Below, piece by piece: positions 60,715 through 64,000 of a stretch of 64,000 nt of DNA; the first letter of the stretch is position 1; every line of letters begins with the position of its first letter. The translations under genes and the position numbers were made by a program. This DNA comes from Candidatus Latescibacterota bacterium. GTDB taxonomy: Bacteria; Latescibacterota; UBA2968. The notes below the pieces were generated by a model. The model did not search any database and was not told the origin of the DNA. It saw only the letters and a list, made by a program, of their open reading frames with translations. Location of the stretch: positions 1,824,001 to 1,888,000 of the forward strand of contig OZ242320.1 in the NCBI GenBank assembly GCA_965208125.1, read 5' to 3'.

Positions 60715-62016
60715 TTACTCCTCACCATACCCAATACAATACAAATGCGTCGCCGTCCGAATAAAAAGCTGTGACCCGGATGACACGGGCGATGACAGCG
60801 TGTACGTGCCATCCAGTTCATTCGTACCCAAAACCTCAAATTTTGGACCCGCGGCCAGAACAGTCGTCACGGCATATTCATTCAGCAAAAACAACTTGCC
60901 ATCAGCCAGATGGGGTGACGCGCTCACAATACCCTGCGTCGTCCGCTCAGGACCCCAAACCACAGCCCCGGTCTTTGCGTCCAGACACATCGCCAGCCCG
61001 CGATCATCAACCATATAAAAATACTTCCCATCACTCGTCGGCGTAGGCACATCCGGCGCAGCAGCACCCTCCCACTTCCACACCACATTGTCGGAAACAT
61101 CGCCCGTGCCACCAGCCGCCAGTGCCAGCAAGGGCCGTTGCCGGGTCGGCGCATAAATCATATCGCCGACCACCACGGGAGACGCCACAATCCGATAATT
61201 GCCCCTCCGACCGGGATTCAACCCATTTGCCCGCCAGACCTCACGCCCCGTATCCGGATCGTGTCCCGTCACACAATCCCCACCCGTAATAACAATCTGC
61301 GTCTTGCCATCGCGATTCAAAAGCGTGGGCGTCGTGTACGAATCGGGAGACTCTCGAATAGCATCTGTCGGACGCTCCTTGCGCCAGACCTCCTTCCCAC
61401 TACTGGCATCCAGCGCGAAGACATACGAAGGATCATCCGTACGCATCCCGTGAAGCACCTGAAGAATGAGCTTGCCATCGTACAGAATCGGCGAAGACGC
61501 ATACCCGAAAAGCAGGCCAAATCTGCCGTAATCCTTTTGAATATCGCGCGACCAGATCGCCTTTCCATCCACATCCAGACACGTCACAACCCCATTGCCC
61601 GTAACCACCCACACATGCGCCCCATCCGTAATGGGTGACGGCGACGTAGTATTGTGCTTGCGCCGCAGCACATTGCCCTCATCCAACTTATAGCGCCAGA
61701 GTTCACTCCCGTCTATCCTCGACAAACACAAAATATAAATCTCCGATCCTCCCGGTTCCCGTTCCTCTGGCCTCTGTGCAGGCGACGGCGACATCAGAAA
61801 AATGCGATCTTCCCAGATAACGGGCGTACTCCCGCTCCACGAAGGCAACTCCGCCTTCCAGATAATATTCTCTTCCAAACTCCAGGACGCGGGCAAATTC
61901 TTAGCCGTACTGGCCCCATCTTGCTGCGGACCCCGCCACTGCGGCCAGTTATCCGCTTGAACACCCAGCGGAACAAGTGCCAGAATACAAACCATACGAA
62001 CAATATGACGAATCAT
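60715..62016 (-). CDS. PQQ-binding-like beta-propeller (BamB-like) protein
   Basis: NWPQWRGP, repeated S/TP motifs and G..W. Confidence 0.9.
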   Translation of the reverse strand: MIRHIVRMVCILALVPLGVQADNWPQWRGPQQDGASTAKNLPASWSLEENIIWKAELPSWSGSTPVIWEDRIFLMSPSPAQRPEEREPGGSEIYILCLSRIDGSELWRYKLDEGNVLRRKHNTTSPSPITDGAHVWVVTGNGVVTCLDVDGKAIWSRDIQKDYGRFGLLFGYASSPILYDGKLILQVLHGMRTDDPSYVFALDASSGKEVWRKERPTDAIRESPDSYTTPTLLNRDGKTQIVITGGDCVTGHDPDTGREVWRANGLNPGRRGNYRIVASPVVVGDMIYAPTRQRPLLALAAGGTGDVSDNVVWKWEGAAAPDVPTPTSDGKYFYMVDDRGLAMCLDAKTGAVVWGPERTTQGIVSASPHLADGKLFLLNEYAVTTVLAAGPKFEVLGTNELDGTYTLSSPVSSGSQLFIRTATHLYCIGYGEE

Positions 62017-62126
62017 AGAAATTCCTCCTCAATAGTGTGATTTTCGACTTGTTTTTCACCCAATTTGACAGATATTTCCCCTTGATTGTTCCTGCCATCC
62101 TTCAGCGTTAAGATAGAAAGGCTCAC

Positions 62127-63548
62127 ATGCAACGGCAACCCAATATTTTGCTCTTCATCACCGATCAACAGCGCTCCGACACCATGGCGTGTTACGGCAA
62201 CGACTGGATCCAGGCATCGAACATGAACGCCCTCGCCAACGAAAGCTTTGTCTTCGAAAACCCCTATTGCGCGCAACCCGTCTGCACGCCATCGCGCGCA
62301 ACCCTCGTAACGGGACTGTATCCACACGCCGCCAGAATGACCAAAAACAACATCCTGCTCGATCCAGAAATCAAATCCATCGCAGAAATGACGTCAAACG
62401 ATTACCACAAAGCCTACTACGGTAAATGGCACCTGGGCAAAGAAACAACGCGACAACACGGATTTGACGAATGGCTACCCGTCGCTGAACTGCCCTGGGT
62501 CATCGACCACCCGGACACACCCTATCACCAGTTCCTGGTGGAAAATGGAATCGAACCAGATAAAACAACAGAAGCCGGACACCGCGTATTCTCCGGACAA
62601 TTGCGCGCAGACTTGCCCGAACACCTCTCCATGGTATCCTTTCTATGTGACGAAGCCACCCGCTTTTTGATGGCAGAGCGAGACAAACCATTCATGCTAC
62701 AGGTCCACTGCTTCGAACCACACCCACCCGTCTCGGGACCGATGAAACATGTACACGACCCCAACAAAATGCCCGTAGGTCCCGCATTCACGCGCTATCC
62801 CAAGGGCGCATCGCTATTTAACAGACTGAGGGCAGAACGCAATATACAACCCGATGCAACCCCCGAAGAACAACGCGCTGCAGAAGCAAAACTCCGAAAA
62901 TTCCGCGCCGAATACTACGGCACCGTCACACTCGTAGATCGCGCCCTCGGCAGACTGATGGACGCCCTTGAAAAATCGGGCCACGCCGACAACACCATAG
63001 TCGTATTCAGCTCTGACCACGGCGAAATGGCAGGCGACCAGGGCATGCGGGAAAAACGCGCATTCTACGAACCCTCTGCCAAAGTCCCCCTCATGATGCG
63101 GATACCCCATCTCGGGCGCGAACACCGAATGATCCCCGGCAACATCGGCCATATCGATCTCGTCCCCACCTTATTAGACCTCATGGGACAACCCGTGCCC
63201 GATCACCTGCAAGGCACCAGCCGCGTACCCGTCCTCGAAGGCAGGGAAACACTCGACAATAACGACGTCTTCATCCAGTGGAACGGACTGGGAGATCGCA
63301 ACCTCGGCTCACCGCAAATCAACTTAATCGCCACCCTCCCCTGGCGCGCAATCGTAACAGCCGACCGATGGAAACTCAACCTGTGCGCGGGCGACCAATG
63401 CGAATTATTCGACCTGAACAGCGACCCCCATGAACTCACAAACCTGTTCGACGAACCTGTACACAGAGACCGCATACGCAAAATGGCGGCAAAAATTCGC
63501 CTCTGGCAACATGAAACGGACGACGACGCGCCATTACCTACAGTGTAA
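62127..63548 (+). CDS. Sulfatase
   Basis: PNILLFITDQQR, CTPSR, GKWHLG, SDHG. Confidence 0.95.
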   Translation: MQRQPNILLFITDQQRSDTMACYGNDWIQASNMNALANESFVFENPYCAQPVCTPSRATLVTGLYPHAARMTKNNILLDPEIKSIAEMTSNDYHKAYYGKWHLGKETTRQHGFDEWLPVAELPWVIDHPDTPYHQFLVENGIEPDKTTEAGHRVFSGQLRADLPEHLSMVSFLCDEATRFLMAERDKPFMLQVHCFEPHPPVSGPMKHVHDPNKMPVGPAFTRYPKGASLFNRLRAERNIQPDATPEEQRAAEAKLRKFRAEYYGTVTLVDRALGRLMDALEKSGHADNTIVVFSSDHGEMAGDQGMREKRAFYEPSAKVPLMMRIPHLGREHRMIPGNIGHIDLVPTLLDLMGQPVPDHLQGTSRVPVLEGRETLDNNDVFIQWNGLGDRNLGSPQINLIATLPWRAIVTADRWKLNLCAGDQCELFDLNSDPHELTNLFDEPVHRDRIRKMAAKIRLWQHETDDDAPLPTV

Positions 63549-63564
63549 GCTCAGGAGAAATTTC

Positions 63565-64000
63565 ATGAACACAATCAAAAAGCGAACCGTTGGCCAAACA
63601 GGCCTCGAAGTAACCGAAATGGGCATGGGCGGCGCACCCATAGGTGATCTATTCGAACTCGTAAGCGAAACACAGGCGCAAGACACCTTACAAGCCGCAT
63701 GGGATGCGGGCATTCGATATTTCGACACCGCCCCCTTTTACGGCTATGGCAAAAGCGAGCATCGCTTCGGACATTTCTTGCGACAACAAAACAGAGAAGA
63801 ATTTGCCATCTCCACCAAAGTCGGACGCGTATTAAAAGCCACGCGCGACCTCAAAACATTTGACAAAGACATGTGGATCGGCGGCTTGCCCTTTGAATAC
63901 GCCTTTGACTACAGCTATGACGGCATCATGCGATCTTATGAAGACAGCCTCCAGCGACTGAGCTTACACGCCGTAGAACTCCTCCTCATACACGACCCCG
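63565..64000 (+). CDS. Aldo/keto reductase (partial, runs off window)
   Basis: Hand translation: MNTIKKRTVGQTGLEVTEMGMGGAPIG...GIRYFDTAPFYGYGKSE...STKVGR. Confidence 0.92.
   Translation, partial: MNTIKKRTVGQTGLEVTEMGMGGAPIGDLFELVSETQAQDTLQAAWDAGIRYFDTAPFYGYGKSEHRFGHFLRQQNREEFAISTKVGRVLKATRDLKTFDKDMWIGGLPFEYAFDYSYDGIMRSYEDSLQRLSLHAVELLLIHDP

Overview
Bacterial chromosomal window with three parts. (1) ~1-19.95 kb is an accessory/defence island with no integrase in view. It holds an XRE-HTH gene running off the left edge, a small GIY-YIG gene preceded by two unannotated paralogous micro-peptide+hairpin units, an almost adenine-free DprA/SLOG-like gene, a MITE-split exported-protein gene, a Ser/Thr kinase, PIN-like and PD-(D/E)XK proteins, SymE behind a long inverted repeat resembling an ssDNA promoter, intact and decayed TA modules, a cohesin/EF-hand/LRR protein and a candidate toxin-immunity pair. 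(2) ~20-64 kb is mostly housekeeping and carbohydrate/sulfate catabolism: lon, coaD, three sulfatases, PhoD, a heparinase-like lyase, an NtrC-type two-component pair, lactonases, PhyH, ThuA, a TonB receptor, glgC and an aldo/keto reductase. (3) A 6.2-kb conflict cassette at 42.8-49.0 kb (Fic, truncated SIR2, AlbA_2/RecG-C, zeta-like ATPase+partner, dual-OB+DUF488+DUF488) is bracketed by a ~60-bp inverted repeat containing a GTAG-type REP. The gene content resembles marine or sponge-associated Latescibacterota/Gemmatimonadota/Poribacteria-like bacteria (inference only). No rRNA, tRNA or CRISPR array was recognised. All family calls come from motif recognition by eye, not database searches.
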